Below, in pieces: positions 48,982 to 59,091 of a stretch of DNA of 64,000 bases. The stretch lies in the NCBI GenBank assembly GCA_019057385.1, contig JAHQJS010000006.1:837038-901037 (forward strand), read 5' to 3'. The translations under genes and the position numbers were made by a program. The notes under the pieces were generated by a model. The model searched no databases. It saw only the letters and a program-made list of their open reading frames with translations, and was not told where the DNA came from. How positions within the stretch are numbered: the first letter of the stretch is position 1; each line of letters starts with the position of its first letter. Source of the DNA: Candidatus Borrarchaeum weybense. GTDB taxonomy: Archaea > Asgardarchaeota > Sifarchaeia > Borrarchaeales > Borrarchaeaceae.

Positions 48982-49545
48982 TCAAAAGAATTCGTACAAA
49001 ACATCTTCTTTCAAGTTCATCAATACTTCTGCATTAATAGATTCTACATTAACACGCTGTGTCTTCTTGATTTCTATTTCCTCAGAGTCTAATCCACCAT
49101 TGTACCAATGTATCAGAATTCCTACACGAAAGGTTAGTCCAGTATCAAGAAGTTCGCGTAAGAAGTTAATCCATCGGGTTGCTTGTTGATTTCGGAAATC
49201 AGGCCAGTATTTGTCCTTTTTCTGTTTTTTCGCTCTTTCTTTGAGCATTTTTTCTGTGATCCAATTATTAATTTTTTCCTTGCTCCATCCCTTTTTTCTT
49301 AACTTCTTGACTTTCTTAGAATCAACTAAGGCTTCGTGCTTTTGACTGATATCTAAAGAACCTAACACGGTGTCACAATCACAATACCCTTGAGTCGGTC
49401 TAAAATACAATTCCCCAAATGGTAACTGAGATTTAACGTTCTCGTTGTTTACAGGGCTTAAAGTCATTTCATAATTATCAAAAATAGGTACAAGTGTATC
49501 TATTTTCGTTCCTTTCGGCAAAGTTGCTGTGATGTAGTAGCACAT
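48982..49545 (-). CDS. Hypothetical protein (MC.. and CDC motifs)
   Basis: 187-aa ORF with no recognised family. Confidence 0.65.
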   Translation of the reverse strand: MCYYITATLPKGTKIDTLVPIFDNYEMTLSPVNNENVKSQLPFGELYFRPTQGYCDCDTVLGSLDISQKHEALVDSKKVKKLRKKGWSKEKINNWITEKMLKERAKKQKKDKYWPDFRNQQATRWINFLRELLDTGLTFRVGILIHWYNGGLDSEEIEIKKTQRVNVESINAEVLMNLKEDVLYEFF

Positions 49546-49637
49546 GACACGAACACTTTTTAGGTCGTTGAAAAACTTATTTAGAATGAATGTGAAAGCA
49601 GGATAAATAACTTTCTAGCTGCAAAATTTTCATACAG

Positions 49638-50837
49638 ATGAAGAAAATGGCAAAGTCAAGATTTCGCTGGGTTGTGCTAGGTCTTTCGTGGTTTAGCTGG
49701 TTGTTACTAGGCATTGCCCTCTTGAGCTTAGGGGTGATGTTAGTAAAGTTGGTTCCTCAATTTGGTTTAACTGGGGTACAAGCTGGAGCGCTCATGGCGG
49801 TTTCTGCAATTCCAGCTATTGTTTTTGCCATTCCTATTGGATCACTAGCCGATCGATATGGTGGAAGAAGGTTAGGTGCGCTTGGCTTGCTTATGTTGAT
49901 GGTGGGATTAATTCTAATAGCTATCGCCGAAGTTTTTTTGGTGCTGATCGTAGCGAGATTGGCGATAGGTATTGGCGCTGCGTTATGTGGTACACCATTG
50001 CAGCAATGGATAACGAAATGGTTTCCTTCAACTGAATTGGGTTTTGCCTTAGGTTTCTTGTCCTCGGGGTATGGCATCGGGAGTATAATAGGTATTTTCA
50101 CAATGGGTTACATTCTAGAAACCTTGGATCTATTTTTAGTCACCGTAGTTTTGGGTATAGTTTGTCTTATTTGTATGTTTCTTTTTCTTCTAGCCCGTCA
50201 AGAACATCCTTTAGCCATAGTAAAAGAAAATGGAACCTCTGAAACCTCACTATCTCTTCGCATGATATTAAAAGTCTTTAGAACTGTTGAATTATGGAAA
50301 CTCGGTATAGCCGGATTCGCTATCACTGGAATAATGTCAGCGTATGCAACATTTGCCCCGATTACATTCGTTGTGCAGCTCCAAATGGATATTGTTACAG
50401 CCTCTGCTACCGCTGGAATAGCTGCAATCCTTGGCACTCCCTTTATTTTCGCAGGGGGCTGGTTGTCTGACAAATTGAAACCTCGATTCGGAAGAAAAAC
50501 ATTAGTTTTTGTAGCAACACTAATATGCGCTTTCGCTTTCTATTTAATTGGAGTCGCAACTGTATTTTTCATAGCATTGATAGGGATATGCCTTATAGGC
50601 ATTTTTAATTGGATTTCAAGTGCTGCTCTTTCTGCAGCTTGTACTGAATCAACTGAATCAGCTACGGTAGGTTGTGCGCTCGGCTTTCTTGCAGCCATAT
50701 GCTCTATAGGATCATTGATTCTGCCTCTTACAATGGGTCTTGTATTTGATACGACCGGCTCTTGGGCTTTAACGTGGACAGTTCCAGCGATAGTAGCATT
50801 TATTGGCGCAATAGTAGTCTTGTTTAGTAAAAACTGA
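49638..50837 (+). CDS. MFS transporter (tandem paralog 1)
   Basis: GSLADRYGGRR; 12 TM. Confidence 0.9.
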   Translation: MKKMAKSRFRWVVLGLSWFSWLLLGIALLSLGVMLVKLVPQFGLTGVQAGALMAVSAIPAIVFAIPIGSLADRYGGRRLGALGLLMLMVGLILIAIAEVFLVLIVARLAIGIGAALCGTPLQQWITKWFPSTELGFALGFLSSGYGIGSIIGIFTMGYILETLDLFLVTVVLGIVCLICMFLFLLARQEHPLAIVKENGTSETSLSLRMILKVFRTVELWKLGIAGFAITGIMSAYATFAPITFVVQLQMDIVTASATAGIAAILGTPFIFAGGWLSDKLKPRFGRKTLVFVATLICAFAFYLIGVATVFFIALIGICLIGIFNWISSAALSAACTESTESATVGCALGFLAAICSIGSLILPLTMGLVFDTTGSWALTWTVPAIVAFIGAIVVLFSKN

Positions 50838-50974
50838 ATAGCATAGCGTTCGTTTATTTTAAAATTTATTTCCTGACTTGAAAAAACGTGTTCCCAGTAG
50901 GATAAGTTTTAAAACCAGTATCCATGTGTTCAATTCGCCATATGCTGATTAAGAGGCTAGGGGAAATTTCAGAA

Positions 50975-52165
50975 ATGGAAAAATTAAGATTTCGCTGGGT
51001 CGTATTGAGTCTTGCATGGCTCTCGTGGCTACTGGTTGGTACTGCCGTATTAAGTATAGGAACTATGTTAACTATCCTAATTCCACAATTTGGATTGACA
51101 GGAGTGCAGGCAGGCAGCTTGATGGCAGTTGTTTGGATTGCTGGCATCATATTAGCGATTCCTATTGGCGTTCTGATTGATCGATATGGTGGAAGAAAAC
51201 TAGGCGCACTTGGCATGCTCACGTTAACAATAGGGCTACTTCTATTTGCGTATGCAGATTCTTTTGAGTTGTTAGTTATATCAAGGGCAATCATAGGTAT
51301 AGCTATTATCACTGGAACAACGCCACCACAGGTTTGGATGGCAAAATGGTTTTCTAATGATGAAATAGGCTTTGCGCAAGGCTTCTTAACATCTGGATAC
51401 GCTAGTTCGGGCATCGTAGGTGTATTCGCTATGGGGTGGATTTTACAAACAATTGGTATCTACATGACGGTTATGATTCTAGGTATACTAAGTCTTGTAT
51501 TAATGACTGTTTTTCTTCTAGCTCGTAGGGACTTCCCAACAGCACTAACAGAAACGGTATCCAATAAAAACTCTATGTCCCCTTCTGAAGCTGTTTCACA
51601 AGCCTTTCGAAATGTCGAATTATGGTTGATTACAATAGCGTGGTTATTTATTGTAGGGATCTCTACAGCCTACGCGACATTTGCCCCCATTACTTTTATA
51701 GCATTATTAAATCTGGATATAGTTACAGCGGCAGCCACGGCTGGTATAGTTCAGATTGTTGCAGTTCCCTCATTGATAATAGGAGGAATACTTACTGATA
51801 AATGGAAGGCTCGTGGCCGAAAAATAATGATTTGGATCCCCACGTTGATCTGTGCTCCCGCTTTCTATCTGATTGGCATATCAACCGTATTTGCAAGCGT
51901 TTTAATTGGAGTTGTGCTCATTGGTATATTCAACTGGGTTTCGAGTGCCGCAGCTTATGCTGCTGGTGCTGAATCCGTAGATTCTGAAGCTATGGTAGGT
52001 TGTGCCTTCGGATTTTTGGCGTTTGGGTCAGCCCTTGGATCATTTATCTTGCCCTTGCTAATGGGTTTTGTATTCGATACCACTGGCTCGTGGTTATTTG
52101 TTTGGGCAGTTCCAGCTGTAATAGCTTTATTTGGAGCAATAGTAGCCTTTTTGATCAAAAAATAA
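50975..52165 (+). CDS. MFS transporter (tandem paralog 2)
   Basis: GVLIDRYGGRK; start set by alignment with the paralogs. Confidence 0.9.
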   Translation: MEKLRFRWVVLSLAWLSWLLVGTAVLSIGTMLTILIPQFGLTGVQAGSLMAVVWIAGIILAIPIGVLIDRYGGRKLGALGMLTLTIGLLLFAYADSFELLVISRAIIGIAIITGTTPPQVWMAKWFSNDEIGFAQGFLTSGYASSGIVGVFAMGWILQTIGIYMTVMILGILSLVLMTVFLLARRDFPTALTETVSNKNSMSPSEAVSQAFRNVELWLITIAWLFIVGISTAYATFAPITFIALLNLDIVTAAATAGIVQIVAVPSLIIGGILTDKWKARGRKIMIWIPTLICAPAFYLIGISTVFASVLIGVVLIGIFNWVSSAAAYAAGAESVDSEAMVGCAFGFLAFGSALGSFILPLLMGFVFDTTGSWLFVWAVPAVIALFGAIVAFLIKK

Positions 52166-52199
52166 CTTAATTATCAGTCAATGGTAGTGATTCAAGATT

Positions 52200-52247
52200 G
52201 TGAACTACCTCACGCTAGAGCAATGGGGCTTTCTTGTGTAGTAACAT
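52200..52247 (-). mobile_element. 48-bp single-hairpin left-end/right-end fusion remnant of family A
   Basis: Minus strand: CTTAC|ATGTTACTACACAAGAAAGCCCCATTGCTCTAGCGTGAGGTAGTTCAC. Confidence 0.78.
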
Positions 52248-52265
52248 GTAAGGTTATGATATGAT

Positions 52266-53465
52266 ATGGCTGAAATTGGAAAATTAAGATTTCGCTGGGT
52301 CGTGTTGGGCGTTTCGTGGTTTTCGTGGTCAATGCAGGCCATTGCACTCCTAAGTATTGGTCCAATGTTGACACTACTGATTCCGAAACTTGGACTGACA
52401 GGCGTACAGGCAGGAACCCTAATGGCGGTTTCATGGATTCCAGGTATTTTCCTTGCTATCCCAGCAGGCATTTTAATCGCTCGATACGGAGGGCGAAAAC
52501 TAGGAATGCTAGGTTTGCTTTCTTTGGCAATTGGACTAATCCTAATTGCTTTTTCTGCCACTTTTGAGTTATTAGCTTTAGCAAGATTCATTTTAGGAAT
52601 TGGTGTAACTTTTTCAGGCGCTCCGCCTTTAGCTTGGACTATAAGATGTTTTACTCCACAGGAGCGAGGATTCGTGTCAGGAGTGTTAGCATCAGGATTT
52701 GGCACTGGAGGGATCATAGGCGTTTTTGCTATGGGTTATATCTTATCGATTTTTGGTATATTTCTGACAGCTGTAAGTTTTGGCGTTTTGAGTCTTGTTT
52801 GCATGCTCTGTTTCCTTCTAGCCCAGCAAGAAATCCCTGAAATCAGCTTGTCCGATAGTATGCCTACAAATTCGACATCATTTTTTGAACCTATGTCACA
52901 AGCATTTAGAAATTTCGAATTATGGAAAATCGGAGTCGTATGGTTTGTCATAGTTGGAATAACTACTGCTTATGCAACTTTTGCACCGACCACATTCGTA
53001 TCTTTGCTGAAAATGGATGTCGCCAGCGCAGCTGCCACTGCAGGTATTGTTTCGATACTTGCGGTGCCATCTCTTCTAGGCGGCGGATGGATCTCTGATA
53101 AATTGAAGCTTAGATTCGGGAGAAAGATCATAATATGGCTACCAACCTTGATTTCTGCTCCCGCTTTCTACCTGATTGGTGCATCATCAGTTTTTTTCTT
53201 CGCAGTGATAGGTATAGTACTCATAGGCATCTTTAGCTGGGTTTCAAATGCTGGAGTTTTTTCAGCAGCAAGTGAATCGGTTGATTCTACCGTAGAAGGC
53301 GTTGCGTTAGGTTTTATAAGTTTTATGGCATCTTTGGGATCGTTTATTCTTCCTATCGTAATGGGGGCCGTATTTGATGCCACTGGCTCGTGGATATTCG
53401 TTTGGCTCGTCCCAGCCGTAACAGCGTTAGCTGGAGCTATAATAGCCTTTTCTAGTAAAATTTGA
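52266..53465 (+). CDS. MFS transporter (tandem paralog 3)
   Basis: GILIARYGGRK; 12 TM. Confidence 0.9.
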   Translation: MAEIGKLRFRWVVLGVSWFSWSMQAIALLSIGPMLTLLIPKLGLTGVQAGTLMAVSWIPGIFLAIPAGILIARYGGRKLGMLGLLSLAIGLILIAFSATFELLALARFILGIGVTFSGAPPLAWTIRCFTPQERGFVSGVLASGFGTGGIIGVFAMGYILSIFGIFLTAVSFGVLSLVCMLCFLLAQQEIPEISLSDSMPTNSTSFFEPMSQAFRNFELWKIGVVWFVIVGITTAYATFAPTTFVSLLKMDVASAAATAGIVSILAVPSLLGGGWISDKLKLRFGRKIIIWLPTLISAPAFYLIGASSVFFFAVIGIVLIGIFSWVSNAGVFSAASESVDSTVEGVALGFISFMASLGSFILPIVMGAVFDATGSWIFVWLVPAVTALAGAIIAFSSKI

Positions 53466-53630
53466 TACACTTCACTTACAATTTTAGTTTCACAAGGTTT
53501 GATAAAATGAAAGCATACCTTCTCCATAATGTTTATAAAACTCGATAAACATAGATATGTACAGAGTTATCTGTACAAATATTTCGAGCGTGCATTTCTA
53601 TATAAATAAAAACTATTGGAGTGGAATGAA

Positions 53631-54188
53631 ATGTCAGTTGAATCATCCGATAATGAATTGGTAACAAAGTTAAGCGCAGCAAAGGACTTCTCAGATGTTT
53701 TTGAACTCGTTGAGGAGGCTCTTATAAAAACCCTCAATAGAAAGAGAGGCGGCATAATGCTTGGCTTACAGGATTTAGGTGCACAAAGAAACTACTTTAT
53801 CGGAGCGTACCATGTGGTGGGCAGCAACTGGATAGTCATCAATAAAACTCCACTTCGAAGAATTCGGATGCATGCAAAAGAGTCCGATGAACTATATAAC
53901 GCGTACCTTTTTCACGTAATGCTTCATGAATATATCCACGCTCTTGGCATCACTGATGAGCGACTGTGTCGTCAAGTTACTAGAGATGTAACCCTACAAA
54001 TCATACAGGATGAAAACCATCCTGCCGTCAAGCTTGCTGTACAGGGACTTGGTGCATTGTTTCCCTTCATGAGGTATTACACTCCAGAAGACTATGCGAT
54101 GCTTGAACGATCCCCAGATCAACGTGGAATGCCACGTATTGAGGTCGTTCGGGGATTTGACAGAAAAAATACACCCTATTTCAGTTAG
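53631..54188 (+). CDS. Putative zincin (HExxH) metallopeptidase-like archaeal protein
   Basis: FIGAYH...SN.IV.N, LHEYIHALG...E. Confidence 0.72.
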   Translation: MSVESSDNELVTKLSAAKDFSDVFELVEEALIKTLNRKRGGIMLGLQDLGAQRNYFIGAYHVVGSNWIVINKTPLRRIRMHAKESDELYNAYLFHVMLHEYIHALGITDERLCRQVTRDVTLQIIQDENHPAVKLAVQGLGALFPFMRYYTPEDYAMLERSPDQRGMPRIEVVRGFDRKNTPYFS

Positions 54189-54261
54189 AAAAAGGGTTTT
54201 GCCGAACTCTCCTTTTTTATTTCTCTTTTTGCAGGACTTTTCACGCGTTTCTTTTATCTAA

Positions 54262-55941
54262 TTACATGATTTGAGCCCTTTCTAATAATTTTTTTGTGTT
54301 TTTAAGCGCCATTTTATACGTAAAACAGCAAACAAACAATCCAATGAGTATGAGGCTTCCAAAAGCAACTAAGTAGTTTATCGCTTCGAATTCGATCGTG
54401 TAAAAAATCAAAAATGGCAGTGAAATTATAAGCAAACCGATACCTAAGAAAACTATACCCACCATGGACCCTGTAACTGTAATAAAGCGGGAACGAGGTG
54501 TTGTTGTAAAGTCTGGATAGTTTGCCCCAACTGCAACTCCTATGATCGTTGCTTCAATTGTCAATAGAACAGAAAGGAGCGTAAAAACGAGCATAAAATC
54601 GAATGAACTAGCAGGGAGGATTATATAAATCAAACAAAGCGTAGCAATTAAACTGATAAGTGCAATGAACAACGATGAACTAATTTTTGCTCTTGTGAGT
54701 TCTTTTGACCCAATTGGTAAACTATATACGATTGGCATTGACTCCCCTTCTTGACCAAAAGACGTTATTCCTAGCAACCAGCCAAAGAGAATGGGTCCCA
54801 TCAAGAAGAACAGATTAAAAAGTCCAGTGGGCATTTCTTCTGTTTGGGGCGTCACTAGGAGTGTAATGACCATAATAGCGGTTGAAAATAGAGGTGCGAC
54901 TACAATACGTATCATCTCTTTTCTTCTGATTAATCCTCTAAGATCCTTACGGATTAATGCAACTTCGGCTGGAGCATAACCAATTCTTTGCAATATTCCT
55001 TTTCTTGGTTGATATAACTTACTAGAAATCTTTATAGAGACTGGTTGAGGCGCCCAGTACTTCTCTCGTAGTTTGACACTTGCAAAAAAGCACGATACGC
55101 AAAAAACAAGAAATAGTAATCCATACATTCCTGCCAATAGCAAATTTCCTGCTATAAGATTCAAGATTGCAATGGATGGCCATAGCAAAGGAACGTACCA
55201 TGCCGAAATGATTTCTACTGAATACGCTTCGAGCAGAAGGAACAGAAAATTGAAATTAAAAAGCAACATAGCAACTAGGAATATGATAACCGAAAGAACG
55301 AAGCGAATATATACTGATGATCGCCCCCCTCTTGAGTAAAATGCTGAAGATACACGGTTAGTAATAGCTCGAATTATCTCGACTATAAATGCCCCTCCAG
55401 ATAGGGCTAGAATGGAAAGCGCTAGAATACTAAACCACAAGAAGTAGAGACCTCCTCCAATGCCTACTAAGCCCAATGTGAATCCTAGTACTACAAAAAT
55501 GATTGGAGAGAGAATAAAGATTGTAGAAAGCGCTGAGCCTAATACGTATTCATCAGCACGAATAGGCAACATATTGACAGCTTCAGTTGTAAATGTTTGT
55601 GCAGCTTGCGAAAATTCGAATAGGATGCCATAAGCAAGTGGAAGTCCGATCATAAGTGCAGGTACAAAAATCAGCATTTCATTTATAGTTTCACCTATGA
55701 ATGCTAATTCTTCATCTATTAGTAAAACTTCATCTATAATATAGCCTAAAAAGACGCAAATGATAAACGCAAATAAGTCTAAAAGAAGTATTATTAAAGG
55801 TCTTCTGATTAATTTATTTATAGTTTGCGGGCTTGATTGTCTTCTTCTAAGAAAGGAAAGAGTATAAATCCTGCTAATACTAACAATCACTCTTAGGTTC
55901 ATTGAGATATCCACTAACCATTTATCGTAAGGCATCGACAA
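54262..55941 (-). CDS. Putative ABC exporter permease
   Basis: About 14 TM, KDLRGLIRR, GQEG..LPI; overlaps the ATPase gene. Confidence 0.75.
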   Translation of the reverse strand: MSMPYDKWLVDISMNLRVIVSISRIYTLSFLRRRQSSPQTINKLIRRPLIILLLDLFAFIICVFLGYIIDEVLLIDEELAFIGETINEMLIFVPALMIGLPLAYGILFEFSQAAQTFTTEAVNMLPIRADEYVLGSALSTIFILSPIIFVVLGFTLGLVGIGGGLYFLWFSILALSILALSGGAFIVEIIRAITNRVSSAFYSRGGRSSVYIRFVLSVIIFLVAMLLFNFNFLFLLLEAYSVEIISAWYVPLLWPSIAILNLIAGNLLLAGMYGLLFLVFCVSCFFASVKLREKYWAPQPVSIKISSKLYQPRKGILQRIGYAPAEVALIRKDLRGLIRRKEMIRIVVAPLFSTAIMVITLLVTPQTEEMPTGLFNLFFLMGPILFGWLLGITSFGQEGESMPIVYSLPIGSKELTRAKISSSLFIALISLIATLCLIYIILPASSFDFMLVFTLLSVLLTIEATIIGVAVGANYPDFTTTPRSRFITVTGSMVGIVFLGIGLLIISLPFLIFYTIEFEAINYLVAFGSLILIGLFVCCFTYKMALKNTKKLLERAQIM

Positions 55942-56683
55942 TTGCCTTGAGATTATCTGTGCCTGTAAGTTTCAAGAAAATATCTTCTAAATTTGATTCC
56001 GAAAGCTTTGCTTGTTCTTGAAGTTCATCAAGTTGTCCTCTGGCGATTATCTGCCCTGAGTGCATTAATGTAATCTGATCACACATTACCTCTGCTATTG
56101 CAAGGACATGAGTACTAAAAAGGATTGTAACTCCTGCTTTTGCAAGTTTATGTAACAGATCTTTCACGATTCGCGCAGATATAGGATCTAAGCCAGTTAA
56201 CGCTTCATCGAATATAAGAATTCGAGGTTTATGAAGTAGTGAAGAAATAATGGCAAGTTTCTGTTTCATGCCACCAGAATATCCACTGATTAGTTCGTTC
56301 GTTCTTCCTTTAAGTCCGAATGCATCTAGAAATTCATTGATTCTTTTTTCTTTCGTGTCAACGTCTATCGCGTATGCATCAGCTATAAAATCTAGATATT
56401 CTACTGCTGTTAAAAATTCATACAGTCTTGGGTCTTCTGGTACATAACCAATAAGTTTTTTTGTTTCAACGGGATGCTCTAAAACACTTTTGCCAAATAC
56501 TCTTATGTCTCCAGCATCAGGTTTTACAAGTCCAATTATTGACTTCATCAGCGTTGATTTCCCTGAACCATTAGGACCAAGCAATCCTTCTATTGTACCT
56601 TTTTCGATATCAAGATCTATTCCTTCCAATGCTGTTATAGAGTCATAGTTTTTTGTGACTGAACGTATTTCAAGAGCTTTCAC
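55922..56683 (-). CDS. ABC transporter ATPase
   Basis: GPNGSGKST, YSGGMKQK, FDEALTGLD. Confidence 0.92.
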   Translation of the reverse strand: MKALEIRSVTKNYDSITALEGIDLDIEKGTIEGLLGPNGSGKSTLMKSIIGLVKPDAGDIRVFGKSVLEHPVETKKLIGYVPEDPRLYEFLTAVEYLDFIADAYAIDVDTKEKRINEFLDAFGLKGRTNELISGYSGGMKQKLAIISSLLHKPRILIFDEALTGLDPISARIVKDLLHKLAKAGVTILFSTHVLAIAEVMCDQITLMHSGQIIARGQLDELQEQAKLSESNLEDIFLKLTGTDNLKAIVDALR

Positions 56684-56772
56684 CGAAGAAGAAATTGTTT
56701 TTGCCTCCGCTACTAAACATAAATAGCACTAGCAACTCCTTAAACTATGTTTAAGTACTTTTCCCTGAAGGC

Positions 56773-57810
56773 TTAGAGCAAAAAGGGAGCGGTTTCTTGG
56801 GTTAAGATACGTTTTACTAAACCGACAGGAAGATATTCGTTGCCCCTGCCTTCTGCCTCTCTAGATGTTACTAATTCCTTCTCCATGAGGCGGGCAATCA
56901 CGTTATATGAGGCTTGGGATGAAACTGATAATTCATCTTTAACAAGCCCTGTTGTTATTACAGGATGAGAAACAAATAGTTTAATTACCTGTTTTTCTCT
57001 GTCTCCCAGTCTCTGGATCTTTCGAACAATTTCTGATGGTCTTCTTTTTGTAATTTTCTCTAATATGTCAATATCAATCTCGAATATTGAATCTCGTATA
57101 GCTATGGCTATGGCGGCAGAGCATAGTTTTATTGCTTCTCTAGGTGCTCCTTCTGACACTTGTGCGATGAAATTTAGAGCATCTTCAGTGAAAGGAGAGA
57201 CCTCGTTTTCTTCACTAACGTCTTCTATTCTTTTTTCGATAGCTAATATCACTTCTTCCTCAGAAAGAAGATCTAGATATATGATCTCTTGAACTCGATC
57301 TGCCAGAGTATTCAAAATTTTCGGCAGTTTATCGAAGGAAAATCCGTTTAAAGCACTGTAAATAATGCTTATATTGTCTAGATCAGATAATCCCCGTAAC
57401 ATTTTAGCAACATCGATATTTAGATCATGTGCTTCGTCTATAAGGAGAATTATTCTGTCGTCTGACCTTCTAAGTGTTTGATACAGCACTTGTGGCAGTA
57501 TCTCACCATCGAATTTTAGTTCCATACCAATTATTTGTATCAATTCCGCAACTGATTCGGGAGGAGCATAAAAAAAGATTGGGAGTCTATTATCTTTGAA
57601 TAGCGTTTCTAGGCATAATAGCAGCGAAGTTTTCCCGCTACCATAAGGCCCTTCTATAACTACATCATATCCTAAGCGAATGTAGTTTTCCAGCAACTGA
57701 AATTCTTCGTCAAACCCAACAACTAAATCAGGTTTTCCTACTGGACTTAATTGAAATGGATTTTTACTCCAATTCATTTTTTGAAACCATTCAAATTCTT
57801 CTGAAGACAA
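56773..57810 (-). CDS. AAA+ ATPase (ExeA/Cdc6-like) with C-terminal winged helix
   Basis: W..NPF, GPYGSGKT, LLIDEAH, SEGAPREA; start set at TTG after GGAGG. Confidence 0.8.
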   Translation of the reverse strand: MSSEEFEWFQKMNWSKNPFQLSPVGKPDLVVGFDEEFQLLENYIRLGYDVVIEGPYGSGKTSLLLCLETLFKDNRLPIFFYAPPESVAELIQIIGMELKFDGEILPQVLYQTLRRSDDRIILLIDEAHDLNIDVAKMLRGLSDLDNISIIYSALNGFSFDKLPKILNTLADRVQEIIYLDLLSEEEVILAIEKRIEDVSEENEVSPFTEDALNFIAQVSEGAPREAIKLCSAAIAIAIRDSIFEIDIDILEKITKRRPSEIVRKIQRLGDREKQVIKLFVSHPVITTGLVKDELSVSSQASYNVIARLMEKELVTSREAEGRGNEYLPVGLVKRILTQETAPFLL

Positions 57811-58288
57811 AGTAGGTCCTCCTTTCAAAAGTAGAAATGTGTAAACTCTGTTTAATAGATATGTAACATTGGGGTAATTCAGCTAATGTTACTCGTGTTT
57901 TTAAGTAATGGCGTTTAATTAACATTTAACAGAAATGTAAGAGATCTGTTGGAACAATTTAGTCATGGTGATAAAATGAAGGAGAATGTCCCTGCAATCA
58001 ATTATTTGATTAGAAGAGCACATCGGAATGGTTATGCCACCCTAAACTTCTATAAAACGATAGAACAAATGGAATGTTTGATTTATGATGGTAAAATTCA
58101 TTCTTATGCTAATGTAATGTAAAACTTTTTTTAAACACCATATTTCCTCTTCTAGAGAGTGTTCCCTGCCCTTCCCCCTCTTCTGGGCAAATATATATAT
58201 AGTAAGAGACAAGAGTTTTCAATGGTTTCAAATTATCAATTTATTTTTCCGGGCTTCTTAGTTTTCATAAATTGAAGGAAGAATCAAG

Positions 58289-59065
58289 TTGCCAGAAAAT
58301 AGCGAAATAGTAGTTGAGGCAATTGACTTAAAGAAGGAATATCATTTAGGAGACGTTATAGTACCCGCTCTAAGGGGCATTAACCTTCAAATAAAGAAAG
58401 GAGAGTTCTTAGTTATCATGGGTCCGTCTGGAAGTGGAAAATCGACTTTATTAAACATGATCGGTGGTCTAGACAACCCAACAGCAGGACAAGTGTTTAT
58501 CAACGGACAAGACATTTCAAAACTGTCTGACAGTGCTTTGACTGAACTAAGGGCACGTGAAATTGGATTCATTTTCCAATTCTACAATCTAGTTCCTGTA
58601 CTGACCGCTTTGGAAAATGTGGAGTTGCCGATGATGGTCACGGGAGTTGCTGAAAAAGAAGGCAAGAAACGCGCCATAGAACTTCTAGAAATGGTTGGAC
58701 TAGGAGATCGTCTACATCATCGTCCCGATGAACTCAGTGGTGGACAAAGACAACGAGTGTCTATTGCCCGTGCATTAGCAAATACCCCTTCAATCGTGTT
58801 AGCTGATGAACCAACAGGTGACGTAGACACGAAGACTGGAGATGAAATTCTTGACATAATGCATCACCTGAACAAAAACATGGGTGTCACTATGATCGTT
58901 ATCACTCACGATCCTGTTGTTTCAGAACATTGTGATCGACTTATTCGAATAATTGATGGACTGATTGCTACAGATAAGCCTACGGCACGTAGATTGCTCG
59001 AAATTAGCGATGAGGAACTTCGAGCTTATCGTGGAATTACTGGCTATATAAGTGATCAAAGATAG
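58289..59065 (+). CDS. LolD/MacB-type ABC ATPase (copy 2)
   Basis: Near-identical to copy 1. Confidence 0.93.
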   Translation: MPENSEIVVEAIDLKKEYHLGDVIVPALRGINLQIKKGEFLVIMGPSGSGKSTLLNMIGGLDNPTAGQVFINGQDISKLSDSALTELRAREIGFIFQFYNLVPVLTALENVELPMMVTGVAEKEGKKRAIELLEMVGLGDRLHHRPDELSGGQRQRVSIARALANTPSIVLADEPTGDVDTKTGDEILDIMHHLNKNMGVTMIVITHDPVVSEHCDRLIRIIDGLIATDKPTARRLLEISDEELRAYRGITGYISDQR

Positions 59066-59091
59066 ATTATCTTAGTGTACGAGGGTATGTA

